Origin: Hypanus sabinus
Lineage: Eukaryota
Length of the DNA stretch: 64,000 nucleotides
NCBI RefSeq assembly: GCF_030144855.1
Contig: NC_082725.1
Coordinates: 12,152,001-12,216,000 of the forward strand
Direction: 5' to 3'
In this document: piece by piece, positions 1 through 12,764 of the stretch
How the letters are laid out: every line of letters begins with the position of its first letter
Position numbering within the stretch: position 1 is the first letter of the stretch
Notes under the pieces: model-generated
Seen by the model: only the letters and a program-made list of their open reading frames with translations
What the model was told of the DNA's origin: nothing
The model's database searches: none
Position numbers and translations under genes: made by a program

Positions 1-81
1 GTTTATTATCAACATAGGTATACCATATACAAGTGTGAGAGTCGTTTACTTACAGGCACCCACAGGAAAATAGAAAATATA

Positions 82-430
82 CAGAAGTGTGCAAAAGTCT
101 TAGGACAATATATATCGCTAGGGTGTCTAAGACTTTTGCACAGTACCCTAGTAATTTTACATATTGCACTGTAGTACTACCACATTGTAAAAGCAAATTT
201 CATAACATATATGAGTGATGAAAAATCTGATTCTGATATGGGTCTCTGTTGTGGACTGAGAGTGGGAAGGGGGCACCAGAGAGGGGAATCATGGTTGGGA
301 AAAGGGGAAGGGAGAGGGGAGGGAGCAGGAAGTACCAGAGAGACATTCTGTACTGATCAATGAACAAGTTGGTTGTAATCAAATGACCTTGCCTGGTGTC
401 TCAGGGCTGGGTGAGATTGCAGCAGCACCA
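82..430. mobile_element. Tc1/mariner-type composite non-autonomous element, family A, copy 1 (partial)
   Basis: TA|CAGAAGTGTGCAAAAGTCTTAGG ... GTGTCTAAGACTTTTGCACAGTAC hairpin (82-146), followed by a body homologous to 4242-4520. Confidence 0.75.
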
Positions 431-680
431 CCACCCTGCCTCCTACCAGGACAATGTTTTCACTTTCTTGTTAATAAAACTAAAATCTGGAAAAGCTGTA
501 ACTTCAGAATTAAAAGCAATTTTTATCCATAAATTTGAAAGTATAGGCATAAAGCAGGGTAAATTCTGCCATTTTCTTTTCAATTAAATAAGAGAATTAA
601 AAACCTGGAGCTGACACAGGGCAGTCATTTTATTCAGTTCCCTCACTGTAATCGTGAAAGACAGAAGTGTTGGAATAATA

Positions 681-900
681 AGACCGTAAGACATAGAAGC
701 AGAATTGAGCCATTTGGCCCATCGAGTCTGCTCCGCCATCATGGCTGATTTATTATCCCCCTCAATCCCATCCTCCTGCTTTCTCCCCGTAACCTTTGAC
801 ACTCTGACTAATCAAGAACCTATCAACTTGTGCTTTAAATACACCCAATGACTTGGCCTCCACAGTCACTTGCGGTAATAAATTACACAGATTAACCACC
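681..900 (-). mobile_element. CR1 LINE 3' end fragment
   Basis: Reverse complement matches the CR1 3' ends at 24270-24490 and 27700-27920, including the short tandem tail. Confidence 0.8.
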
Positions 901-1153
901 TTAGAATGCTTGGAATGGAATCTGTTCTACTTTGGTCATTTATTGCCAGATAATGTAAAGAGGACAAAAGAAAAGTGATACTCCCTTTATATTGCTCCAG
1001 TGACGTGCAGGGAAGCAGGGGAGAATGGGTAGTATGCGATGTCAGAACCAGATATTTTAAATCTCTTTCCCAAGCAGAATGAACTTCCTATTAAGCAATG
1101 TCCTTTTGAATGCTTGACTTACACAGAAAATGTGATATACTTCAATTTGTTAA

Positions 1154-1437
1154 GGCACGGCAGCATAACATTTTACTGCACCGCTAACACAGTTTCGGTT
1201 CTTGCCACTGCCTGTACTTTCTCTCTGTGACTGTGTGGTCTAGTGCTTTGGCTTTCCTCCCACATTCCAAAGACATACAGATTAGTACGGGTTAATAAAT
1301 TGTGAGAGTGCTGGAAACTTGGTGACACCTGCGGGCTGCCCCTAGCACATCCTTGGACTATTTTGGCCATTGAAAAAAAATCATTTCCATGTATAATTCG
1401 AAGTTTCAATGTACATGTGACAAATAAAGCTAATCTT
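1154..1437 (+). mobile_element. V-SINE/HE1-like SINE with non-CR1 tail
   Basis: V-domain-like TTTCCTCCCACATTCCAAAGACAT; tail TGTACATGTGACAAATAAAGCTAATCTT. Confidence 0.7.
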
Positions 1438-1609
1438 AAAAAAAAATTAGTTTTTGTTTCATGGAAATGCTAACCAATTAATAGTACATGTTTGTGCAAT
1501 GTGAAAAGTTATTTTCAATACTAGTACAATTGCTACCAACTATATATAACAGAATTACGAACAAATATTAATGTTTTTGAATTGACTTCCAAAAACTGTT
1601 TGCAAGGAA

Positions 1610-1893
1610 ATTTATTTATTTGTTCAAGCGACTGCAGGGAATAGCTCTTCCGGCCCTTTGATTTGCACTGACTAGCAATTCCCCGGTTTAATCCTAGCCT
1701 AATTTTAGGACAATTTACAATGACCAATTAACCTACCAACTGGAACATCTTTGGACTGTGGGAGGAAACCGGAGCACCCAGAGGAAACCCACACAGTCAT
1801 AGAGAGAATGTACAAACTCACTACAGTCAACAGCAGGAAATGAACCTGGATAGCCGGTACTGTACAGCATTGTGCTAACCACCATGCCACTCC
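1610..1893 (-). mobile_element. V-SINE/HE1-like SINE with CR1-type tail
   Basis: Minus strand reads GTGTGGGTTTCCTCTGGGTGCTCCGGTTTCCTCCCACAGTCCAAAGATG; (AAAT)n tail. Confidence 0.8.
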
Positions 1894-2984
1894 AAATAAT
1901 GTATATGAAATACATTTTGCATCCCATGGATTTGTAATGTATTTTTTGCATGCGGGTATTAGCCATATAATCCCATGAACTTCCAGCACTCTTTGTCTAA
2001 GTTTTTGCCAACCAAAGTAGAGGCTTATTTAACTTTCTCAAGTCCAGAGGATGCTCTGAAATGAGAGCTTGCCAAGATTTTCATCAAGATTTATGCTCTG
2101 CCAAACCATTCTTTTCAATGATTTTCCTGAGTCAGATTAGTGAACGTTAATTATGTCTGAACGATGTATAGTTTTATGCAATGGCCGTAAATCCACTGGA
2201 AGATTGGTTCATTTGCATTTTATGTAACGCCTGATGGTAAAAGAAATCCAGTCTTGACAAGAATTAAGTCCAGTTTCAAGAGATTAAAAAACATCGAACT
2301 AAACACATAATAGAAGACATCAAAGTCTTTATCTGGAAGATAGGTTTAGGCATCTTCTGAAGGTGAAATTATCTTTGTGACATTCTGGGCATGTAATACA
2401 GGAGAACCAGAGTTAGAGGAAACAAATATTTTGAACTTATTGTCTGTAAGTGACATTTATGTGTGCTACCTAGGCTCAATTTTGTATCAGAATTAGCAAC
2501 TACTGTAGCCAAACATCTACATTCAAGCAGAAGTTCAATACTTTTCAGGACCGAGACTTGGACTGTAATAATTGAACTGCATTATTTTGCAAGTGATAAA
2601 GAGGTAGTGATGTGATACTGACAGCTGGAAAGTCATTACATAGCTGTAGGGAGAAGGCAAGTCCAACAAGATGAGTAATGAATGGGGATTCGTTGTTCAG
2701 GTGAGCCAGTTTCCCATTACTTTATTTTCTAAAACCCATTCCCAAAATCTCTCCTGTCAAAGTTACTGCTTTGGTCATTGTTATTTAGGCAATGCAGTAT
2801 GAGCATGAGGTCAATAACAAATGTACAAATATCCATGGGATGTGACAACTAAACTTCAGACTCGAGCTTCCAGGCCTGTGATCTGCTTAGCGAAAAGTTG
2901 TATCTTAAGTGGAAGAGGAAGAAAGGAATTAAATTTCAGAGGGTCTGGCCTTAACTTTCTATTCCAACATTTTGATTGCATAAT

Positions 2985-3510
2985 TTAAGAGAAGTTTGGA
3001 TAAATACATAGATGGGAGGCGTATGCTCCAGGGTGGGTCAATGAGAATAGGCAGAATAGCAGTTCGGTAGCTACTAGATGGGGTGAAGGGCCTTTTTCTG
3101 TGCTGTAGTACTCTATGAAATTATTACTTTTGGGCATTAATAAGTTGAGTTGTGGTGCCTAAAGAGTGGTAGATTTGGAACATTAGATCCTTGTTCCAAA
3201 CAGAGTTAGAGATGAACTCATTAACTAAAGGCCAATCAATTTAATCACGGTGGCTGGGAGAATTGTAAAGCAATAGTGAATGATAAAACTAACAATCACT
3301 AGGAGCGAAGTGCATTGATTAAAGAAATTTAACCAAGATTAAAGAAAAATCATAGGTGTTTAGCATAACAGAGAGGATTGATGAAGGAAAAGCAGTTAAT
3401 ATGATATATGTGGACTAAGAAGTCATTTTGTAAAGTGCACAAAAAAAGGTCAAGCCTGAAGCCCATGAAATAAAAGGGCTTCAGCATATTGGTTAGAAAG
3501 AAAATAACAG
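2985..3510 (+). mobile_element. Degenerate CR1 fragments (3' end and RT piece)
   Basis: GGGGTGAAGGGCCTTTTTCTGTGCTGTAGTACTCTATG tail; remnants similar to the CR1 RT at 22980-23300. Confidence 0.55.
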
Positions 3511-3524
3511 GAAACAGGGAACAG

Positions 3525-4110
3525 TTCAAAGATCCAAGTAACTTTATTATCAAAATACATTTATGTTACCATATACTACCTTGAGATTCATTTTCTTGCA
3601 AGCATTTACAGGAAAAATAACCAAAAAAATAGAATTTTACAAAAAAGCAGTAAATAAAGAAAGGCTGACAACAACGAATTTGTAAAAGAAGACAAAATAT
3701 ATAAATAAAAATAATGCTGAGAACATGAGTTGTAAAGAGTCCTTGAAAGTGAGTCTGACAGTTGTAGAATCTGCTCCAAGTATGGTGAGTGAAGTTATCC
3801 ACGCTGGTTCAGAAGCCTGATGGTTGTAGGGTAATAACTGTACCTAAGCCTGGGGGTTTCTAAACCTCCTGCCCGATGGCCACAGAGGTCACAGCCTGAA
3901 TGGTGGGGTCTTTGATGATGGATGCTGCTTTCTTGTGGCAATGATCCATATAGCTGTTCTCAATGGTCCGGAGGGCTTCAACTATGATGGACTGGGTTCT
4001 ATCCAACACTTGCTGCAAGTGTAGCCATTTCCATACCTGGAAAAGGATATCTATTCTTTTGATGGCATAGTTTCCATACCAGTCCATGATGAAACAGTTG
4101 CATCCATCAT
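3525..4110 (-). mobile_element. Rex1/Babar-type LINE 3' fragment
   Basis: Encodes HCHKKAASIIKDPT; tail shared with the many other copies in this window. Confidence 0.75.
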
Positions 4111-4241
4111 GCAAATGGTAATAGAAGAGTTGTTTCCAAAATTACAGGAAGTTATACAGTGAAATTAGTAGCATTAGTATCTTCTAAAGGGTTAGGATGA
4201 AGGCATTAGTTTTCATAATATATATTAATGAATTATATTTA

Positions 4242-4672
4242 CAGTACTGCGCAAAAGTCTTGGGCACATACAATATATATACCAAGGGAGCCTTGTATTG
4301 CACTGTACTGCTGCCACAAAAAAAAACAGATTTCATGACATGTGGGGTGATAATAAACCTGATTCTGATATGAGTCTCTATTGTGGACTGAGAGTGCGAA
4401 GGGGGCAGGGAGAGGGGAGGGAGTAGAAAGCGCCATAGAGATGTTCTGTGATGATCAATAAACCAGTTGTTTGGAATCAAGCGGCCTTGCCTGGTGTCTC
4501 AAGGCTGGGTGTGTCTGCACCTGCAACACTCCCCAACCCTGGCACTCCTTCTCTGCCACCTGTCCTACACCTCCGCCATGGCACGTCACCATCACCATTC
4601 CCAACATCCTTTGCTCCCAGCAGATTTACAAACTCACTCTCTGCTCCACGTTGACGAATGCAGTGCTGTGCA
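4242..4672. mobile_element. Tc1/mariner-type composite element, family A, copy 2
   Basis: TA|CAGTACTGCGCAAAAGTCTTGGGCAC start, captured LINE tail, ends in a partial second TIR CAGTGCTGTGCA. Confidence 0.75.
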
Positions 4673-4849
4673 GGAGGAAATTTCCTCTTATTTAGAGTAT
4701 TTCCAAATATGCAGCTGATTAAAAAGCTTGCAGGTGTTACGAAGGGTGAGGCACATAGCCACTGACCTCAGCATAACAGAGGCGAGCTGGAGAAATGGAA
4801 GAATGGGTAACGGATGAAACGGAATGAATAACCCCCCCCTCCCCCACCC

Positions 4850-5262
4850 TCCAGCTCATGTTCTCTACTCACTGTTGCCATCAGGAAGAAGGTACAGGAG
4901 CCTCAGGACTCACACCACCAGATTCAGGAACAGTTATTACCCCTCAGCCATCAGGCTCTTGAACCCAAGGGAATAATTTCACTCAACTTCACTTGCTCCA
5001 TCACTGAACTGGCCCCACAACCAATTGACTTGCTTTCAAGGACTCTTCGTCTCATGATCCTCATATTGATTGTTTATTGATTTATTACTATTATTTGCGC
5101 AGTTTGTTGTCTTCTGCACTCTGGCTGAATGCTCTCGGTCTTTCATTGATTCTATTATGGCTATTATTCTATAGACTTATTGAGTATGCCCACAAGAAAA
5201 TGAAACCCAGGATTATATATGGTGACATTTTTGTACTTTGATTATAAAATTTACTTTGAATT
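4850..5262 (+). mobile_element. Rex1/Babar-type LINE 3' fragment
   Basis: Encodes LLPSGRRYRSLRTHTTRFRNSYYPSAIRLLN; ends AAATTTACTTTGAATTTGA. Confidence 0.8.
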
Positions 5263-5409
5263 TGAATGCTGAGACATATGAAGTACACACTGCTAGAAAC
5301 AATGAGAAAAAATAAATATAATATAGAGCATACAGTTTCAAAAGAAGAAAAAGAATTGAGTGATTCTGGTTGGCATTGAAAATGGCAGAGCAAGTTGAGA
5401 TAAATACCT

Positions 5410-6020
5410 CGAATGTCAGGCTTCGTAAATACACACAACACGTTGGAGGAACTCAGCAGGTCAGGCAGCATCTATAGAGGGGAATAAAGTGTCAATATTT
5501 CGGGCTGAGACCCTTCATCCAGATAGGAAGGGGGAAGAATATGAATGTGGGGGGAGGGGAAGGAGTACAAGATGGCAGCTGATTGGTGAGGCCAGGTGAG
5601 GGGGAAGGTAGAAGGGTGGGGGAGAGAGTATGAAGGAAGAAGCTGGGCGGTGATAGGTGGAAATGCTGAAGGGCTGAAGAAGGATTCTGATTGGAGAAGA
5701 GAGTGGACCATGGGAGAAAGGGAAGGAGGAGGGCACCAGAGGGAGGTGACGAGCTGGTGAGGAAAAGAGAAGGGTTAAGAGGAAAGCCAGGATGAAGAAT
5801 GAAAAAAAGAGAGAAGGGGGAGGGGGTTGGAAAGTACCAGAAGTTAGAGAATTGAATGAATATGCTGGAAGCTACCCAGACAAAATGAGGTGTTGTTGTA
5901 GAGGAGGCCATAGACTGACATGTAGGAATGGAAATGAAGAGTGCAATTAAAACGGCTGGCCACTGGGAAATCCTTCCAGTTGTGGATAGAGTGAAGGTGC
6001 TCGAGAAAGCTGTAGCTCAG
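5410..6020 (-). mobile_element. Penelope-like element 3' fragment with decayed hammerhead motif (5491-5523)
   Basis: Homologous to 21231-22144 and 36106-37120; hammerhead core mutated (TGGATGA...GAAAT). Confidence 0.75.
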
Positions 6021-6497
6021 TCTGTATTTGGGCTTCAGAAATAGAAGGATAGAGCATAAAAATAAAGAAATTATGATGAATCTTAATGGCGCTGTTAGTA
6101 TTGTGTCCAGTTCTGGGAAAATGTAGAGGTTTAAAGAGGAGCTTTACAAAAGTTGGTCCAGAGGTGAATGATTTTTATTATGTGGATAGGCTGGAGAAGG
6201 TGGGGAAGATTCTCCTTGGAAGAGAGGAACTGTCTCAATTTATGATGGATAGAATAGATATCTTAGACATCTCATTGGCAGAGAGGTCAGAAATGAGAAG
6301 ATATTGAATGATGGTGCTTGGCAAAAGAAACAGAAATTTGAGGAAAAATCTTTTCACAGTTCATGTGGGAAGACAGAATCAAAGAAGTAATTTGTTTCCT
6401 CTCACCATTCTGAAGAAGGGGCTTCAACCAGCAGCAAAAATTCTCTTTTTCTTTCCCGCAGTGTTTAATTTATTTTCTCAGGCTTGGGTGGGTACGA

Positions 6498-6803
6498 CAG
6501 TGCTGTGCAAAAGTCTAGGCACATGTGCACGATGTATAGCTAGGGTGCCCAAGACTTTTGCACAGTACTGTATTTGTCAATGTGGAGAGGACAGCGAATT
6601 TTATAAATCTGGTGGGAGCAAAGCATGTTGAAGAGGGTGGGGGCGCCATGGGAGGAGTGTGAGACAGGTGGCTGAGAAGTCATGCCAGGTGAGGGGGGAG
6701 GGGTCGCGTGACAAGGTGCAGACACCAGACAAGGTCATTTGATTCCAAACTATTGGTTTAATGATCATGTTTCTCTGGTGTCTAAGGCTTTTGCACAGTG
6801 CTG
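6498..6803. mobile_element. Tc1/mariner-type composite element, family A, copy 3 (opposite orientation)
   Basis: Hairpin TIR pair 6498-6570, body is the reverse complement of 4440-4672, third TIR at 6778-6803 followed by TA. Confidence 0.8.
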
Positions 6804-7084
6804 TATGTTTCAATACACCTGTGACAAATAAAGCTAATCTTTTATAATAGTGTATATTTTACCTACGTCATGCTGGTTTTGGAAAATCATTCTAATGTGT
6901 GGTTTCTTTGGTCTCCAGTGATTTCCTTTTGAGGAAAGCACAAATGTTTGTTCAATGATGCCTGATGTTTGTAATAGGCTGAGAAACAATACTAGGAAGG
7001 CAGCCCATCTTGAGGCTGCCATTGTAGACACAACTGGTGTATGAAATGCGCCTATAGTGTTATACTGTTTACTTTTGCAAATCA

Positions 7085-7723
7085 AATCATATCAAGCTTA
7101 ATTATCATTCAGAGCACACATGAAAGAGACACATTTGAATGAGACAGAATTCCACTGGGATCCGGGTGCATAACATGCATTCAAAATAGCAAGAGAGCAA
7201 AAAAAAACACACACACATACATATCATTACACAAGAAAGCACATGTACAGTCCAAGTCCTTGAGCGACCTACACATCAATGGCACAGCTCCTGGCAGTCC
7301 AGCCCCTCCTTCTGCTTGTTGAACTCTGAAGGGTAGCACTGATGGGAGAGGCCAGCTTCCAGCTGAGCGCAGACTCCACGCTACACCGCATCCAGTGTCG
7401 TCACACCTGGACTGCAGCAGCAGGCAAGCCCACTTGAGGCCTAGTCCCTGCTCTAACCGAGGCCACGCCGCTGCCTTGTCACCATTCTCACCACCAAACA
7501 AGGGAAACAGGCCTGTGGCATCTGACCTTATCAAAGACAGTCACTCACGGTTATTTCTAACTTGTGTTATAAATATACATTATTATTTGCTAATTTACTT
7601 GTGGTGATATTACTTAATGTGTTGTTAATATGTAGTGTGTTATACACCTTAGCCTGGAGGAATGTCGTTTCGTTTGGTGGTGTACATGTTTACCGTAGAA
7701 TGACAGTAAAATTTAACTTGAAC
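7085..7723. repeat. Two oppositely oriented LINE-tail-like repeats (related copies near 10605-10800 and 12925-13050)
   Basis: Shared TCAAGCTTAATTATCATTC...AAACGAAAC...CCAGG motif. Confidence 0.5.
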
Positions 7724-7799
7724 TAATCTCAGTTTACTGCTAATGATCTCCCACTACTATTGCTGTTGACACCAAAATTTATAAGGAAACTTTACAAGT

Positions 7800-8047
7800 T
7801 GTGGCGTCTGGAGTTCAAGGTTCAATTCTGATGCTATCTCAGGAATTTGTCTGTTCTCTCCATGGACAATGTGGGTTTCCTTCAGGTGCGGTGGTTCCCT
7901 CCCACGGCACAATGGCTACAGGTTAATTGTTCATTGTAAATTGTCCCATGATTAGCTCAGTGTTAAAAATGTGTGTCACAGGATGGTGCGATTCATTTGG
8001 GCCAGAAGGGCCTGTTCCACAGTATGGCTCTAAATAAATAAAATAAA
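7800..8047 (+). mobile_element. V-SINE/HE1-like SINE
   Basis: B-box-like GGTTCAATTC, V-domain, GGGCCAGAAGGGCCTGTT CR1-type tail, (AAAT)n. Confidence 0.75.
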
Positions 8048-9133
8048 ATGGCATATTTCTGAAATGTCAGCAGGTGAATGATATTTTATGACAAAAAAGA
8101 TAGATTATTGCAAGTATTTTTGTGAAGCACAGATAAGAGTAAACATGCTCTTCAGCATCCCTTTAGCTGCACATTCACGTACAAATGAGTGGATTGGTGA
8201 GTCACTTTATGTTGAGGGAAAAGGGCTGGTATAATCTGAAGCAACGGCTCATCTGGAGGAAAAATCTAAGCTTTCTTTTTTTTAAACATTCATTTCTCTT
8301 ATTGTGCCAGATGAAAAAAAAATTGATGACAAACACAATTAAGTAAAAATTTCTTTTGGAAGTCACATTACAATATACGATTCAAGATGACAGTCAATAA
8401 ATCAAAGAAAAACACTCTACTAGATATATTTTCTGGAGGAAAATTACACTGTGTGAATGATACATTACTGACAGAAGGATGGGAGAAAGAGGAAACACTT
8501 TCATAACAAAATGTATTGAGACTATCGCAAAGTTATAACACGGCCAACCACTTAACTAAAGGACAGCTTTATAATATCAACACTGGGATCTCAGGTAATG
8601 GGACTCAAATATCCTGCCAATTTTCATACCAGATTTGATGAAGAGAGTGCGTGATGCTGAAAGCCTATAAACTCGATATCTGGTGAGTACAGATCCCATA
8701 CTCAGTAATCAAATTTCACGTGTTGTTTTGAAAAGCAAAATTACATTGATAACAGTTAATTAGAATTAAAAAGATCACTCCTTATATTCCTTATAATGCA
8801 CTCCTGGTTTGTAAGTAGATGCTGGAAAGACTGGCTGAACAAGCGTAAATAGCAGAAATGAATGCCAGGTGATGTGGAACTGGTACTGCTAAAATAAACT
8901 CTTAACCCAGCAGGGCAGAAGGAAGATGATTAGAACTAGTCAAAATGCATTCTGAGATACCACAGATCATTTCAAATGCATGAATAAATTTTCATACATT
9001 TCAATTTTAATGCATCTTATTTCTTTCAAAGTAAGTGATGTTCACTCTCAAACTGAACTATGAGATCTTGTAAGATTTTTAACATAATATTTCAAGATAT
9101 TGAAGTTATTTTGTTGTATGTAGCTTTTTGACA

Positions 9134-9564
9134 TTACTTAATTACTGTCCGTTACACCACTGGCGTTTAGGGCAGCAACGATGGCCCTTCATCCCTGGCA
9201 GTGTTTGCCCTAAAAAAGGAAGCCCTTTCCTTCATCGCGTCAGTAGCTTTCTCTCAGTTTTCACTACTGTCAGTCACACAAGTCCCGGGCGGAGACTCAG
9301 GAATGCTATCGAACTCACATGTAGGAGGATTCTTCATTGCTGTTTACATTAAAATTTTGTTTTACCAGTCAGGGTTGTTAGCCCTGAACTGAGCCCTAAA
9401 TCTGGCCACTCTTAGTCCGGCCTCTACCCTTTGACCTGGTTGGCATGGGTGACCCTATCAAGAGCAAAATCATATAGACCGACTCCAGCCAACGTAGCTC
9501 TCAGGGTCATTGAGGCACGCAAGCCTCCAAACCCAATAACAAAGTTGTGGTCCTCTTGGAGGAG
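9134..9564 (-). mobile_element. Bipartite RTE-derived non-autonomous retroposon, family R1, copy 1
   Basis: About 430 bp, homologous to 10166-10599, 14515-14941 and 63955-64000; RTE-like 5' UTR joined to an RTE-like 3' end. Confidence 0.65.
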
Positions 9565-10165
9565 CTTTTCGACCATTTGACATTAATTAGTGTCTTCCAT
9601 CCATACCTTCTAAAATATCCTCACAGAATAAAGATAAAGCGTCAGCAACCAAAAAAAAATTACCTTCAGAATGATACTCTTGAAAGAAATTGACACTTGT
9701 TATATTTTCTGGCAATTGTCCTTGTGCTCAAGGAGGCAATGAAGTACATATAGGACACAGGAGAATGTCACACCGTGTAACATTGATGTGTTTCTGTAGA
9801 ATTTCACTAGCTATCTCAACCTAAAGCCCAGTAAGTGATTTTGAATTATTGTTTCTTCAGAAAAGCCAACATCTCTTACAAAGAGAGAGTTCCTATAGTT
9901 ACATTTAGTGCCAGCATCCAGCTGTTTCACTTTTTTATTTAACATCTGGTTGCTCCTGGGAAAATCTCTCTGATCAGGTTGCTCGCTGATGCACGTGGAA
10001 TAAATTCGGTAAAGTACAAGCATGGTGAGATAACTAGTCATTATCTGCCATCTGTTACATAAATAATCCCTCCAAGATTATACCTCACCTTTTGAAAAGG
10101 CAGTATGTAGTGAAAGTATCTAGTTTTCCCAACTATTTGGTCCAGTCTCACCATTCTCCTGTTCA

Positions 10166-10599
10166 CTCACTTACTTACTGTCCTCTACACTGCTGGCAAC
10201 TGGGGCAACAATGAAGGTCCCCCATCTCTGATGGTGTTCAGGGCTTCCTTCATTGTGTCAGCAGCTTCCTCTCAGTTTTCATTACTATCAGTCATGCAAG
10301 TCCAATTGGAGACTCAGGAATATCATCATACACAGATGCAGAACGATACTTCATTGCTGTTTCCATGACAATTTTTTTCTTACCAGTCAGGGTTGTCAGC
10401 CTGAGCTGAGCGCCCGAACCTGGAGGACCACTGGACCACTTTTAGTCTGGCCTCTTGTCCTTTGACCTGCTTGACATGGATGACACCACCAAGAACCAAA
10501 GCATAAAGCCCTGACCCCCAGCCAACATAGTTCTCCGGGTCATTGAGGCATGGAAGCCTCCAAACCCAATGGCAAGGTTGTGGTCCTCTTGGAGGAAGT
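10166..10599 (-). mobile_element. RTE-derived retroposon R1, copy 2
   Basis: Flanked by direct repeat TCCTGTTCA (10157-10165 and 10600-10608); (TAAG)n tail. Confidence 0.7.
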
Positions 10600-11234
10600 T
10601 CCTGTTCAAGTTCAAGTTTATTATCATCTGACTGCACAGACAAAATAACATTCCTCCAGACCACACTGCACCCACAACACATATATCACATAGCACATAA
10701 ATCAAAATATTACCACCAATCAGTTAATAAAATGTAATTCAAAGTGCACATAGTGCACAGCACAGGTAAATAGCAAAGAGTTAGCTGTTCTAGTGAGGAG
10801 ACCTCGGTGGCAGGGTGTTCATTATCCGCAAATCCCTTTACTAGGTTCAATGCTAGTTGTGCCTAAAGGAGATTTGAATGAAGCAATTCACTTGCATATA
10901 AAGAAATTGAGGCATGGATCTCAGTGGATTCTACCGATCTCTCTTCAGAGCTCTGAACGTACTTTCCTGATGACGAACTTCAATGGTAGGGGACATAATT
11001 TGAAAAAAATATCAGTTCTCTTGTGATTGTCTTTTATCACTCAGTGTTGCAGGAATTTCCTACTGACACTGGGAGGAGAATAGCAGTCCACTGAACACGT
11101 ATGTGGAAAGTCCAGTATCTCAAAGCTGTTTGTATAGAAATGAAGGAAGAACAAGTTTTTAAATCAGCGTGAGGTGCATAAAAAGAGCAAATGTAAAGGA
11201 CAGGAGCCAAAACTCTCCCCATGACCAAGCCGGG

Positions 11235-11685
11235 TTGCTTTCCAATGATTATGTTATGGTAATTATTCTATAGATTTATTAAATATGCTCACAAGAAAAT
11301 GAACTTCAGGGTTGTATATGGTGAAGGAGATGTACTATGATAATAAATTTACTTTGAACTTTTATCAAGGCCTCTCCACCATCCAGGCCATGCCCTATTC
11401 TCACTGCTACCATTGGGAAGGGGGAACAGAAACCCTCGGTCCCACACCACCAAGTTCAGGAATAGTTACTACCCTACAACCAACAGGCACCTGAACAAAC
11501 ACTCACACCTCTGAACTGATTTCACAACCCACAGACTCACTTTCAAGGACTCTACAACTCACATTCTAATTTATTTTTTATTATTTGCCCATTTGGCTAC
11601 TTCTGCACATTGTTTTCAGTCTTTGTGTATAGCTTTTTATAAATTCTATGGTATTTCTTTATTTTCCTGTAAATGCTTGTAAGAA
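11235..11685 (+). mobile_element. Tandem Rex1/Babar-type 3' fragments
   Basis: Tail GATAATAAATTTACTTTGAACTTT and remnant encoding HTTKFRNSYYPTTNRHLN. Confidence 0.7.
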
Positions 11686-11726
11686 TCGGAATCAGAATCA
11701 GGTTTAATATCACCAGCATATGTCAT

Positions 11727-12109
11727 TTCAGGCAGGTGGGGCTCATCAGCCTTGGGTGCCTAGGAGAAGGAAAACTCTGATTTTAAACCTCCGCTGCCTT
11801 GCGGCCATACCCACCCATGGGAAAGGCTTTGGGAAGAAACCTCAAGGAAGAAATCCTGAGCCGGGGTCCCTAAGGCAGTTTGATGTTGTTTACAACCTCA
11901 CTCTGGCAACCTCTGTGACGACACTGGTGCCAAGCTGTATTGGCGCTTGTCCTTCCTTTGGACTACATCAGTGACATGGAGAAGGGAACCCGCTACACGG
12001 GCAATAGCCAGTTCTTCGAATCTTCCCCCCCAGGCTTGTGCCCAGGAGAGGACACAGTCCATCAGAGGCACAAACCCATCATCCCCTGGGATCAATGGCT
12101 GTCTACTAC
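11727..12109 (+). mobile_element. RTE-like short retroposon inserted into a LINE tail
   Basis: TSD TATGTCAT (11719-11726 and 12110-12117); (CTA)n tail. Confidence 0.6.
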
Positions 12110-12764
12110 TATGTCATGAAATTTGTTACAGGAGCGGTACAATGCAATACATGATAATATAGGAAAAAATTAAATGAATTACAGTAAGTATATATATGTA
12201 TATTAAATAGTTAAACTAAAAATAGTGCAAAAGCAGAAATAATAATAAAAAAATTAGTGATGTCCATTTAGAAATCAGATGGCAGAGGGGAAGAAGCTGT
12301 TTCTGAATGAAAATATGTACTTAGAGAATAAATTTATTTTAACTTTGACTTTGCCTGACCAAAAGCCTGAATGAAAAAGTGTTTTATTGGAGAGGAGGGT
12401 TAAGGAGAGAAAACATGATTTTGAGGCAGTCATAGATCTAAAGTTTAGGAGCTAGAACACGGGCGACTAGTGCAGAACAACATCAATAGAGGAATGGATT
12501 AGCCGGGATCTAAGTAAGTTGAACATCAGTTTAAAGGGGATGTAGAGCGTAAACCTGGTTCCAATTTTCGAAGTGGAGAGCAGAGCTTTGAGAGGGAATA
12601 TACCGCATGGAGAATGAAAAACCTAGGTAAAAAGCATTAGAATAGTTAATAATTCAGGACCTGATAGAAATGTGGACTAGGTTTTCAGAGGCATTTTAGC
12701 AGAAAGGAAAAGGAAAGGAACAGCATGGGGAACAAATCCGGCCTATGTAATTAACAAGACAGAA

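Noticed and set aside
8633-8682. Plus-strand 50-nt exon-like segment with AG and GTGAGT sites
   Set aside because: Stop codons in all three frames and no other support.
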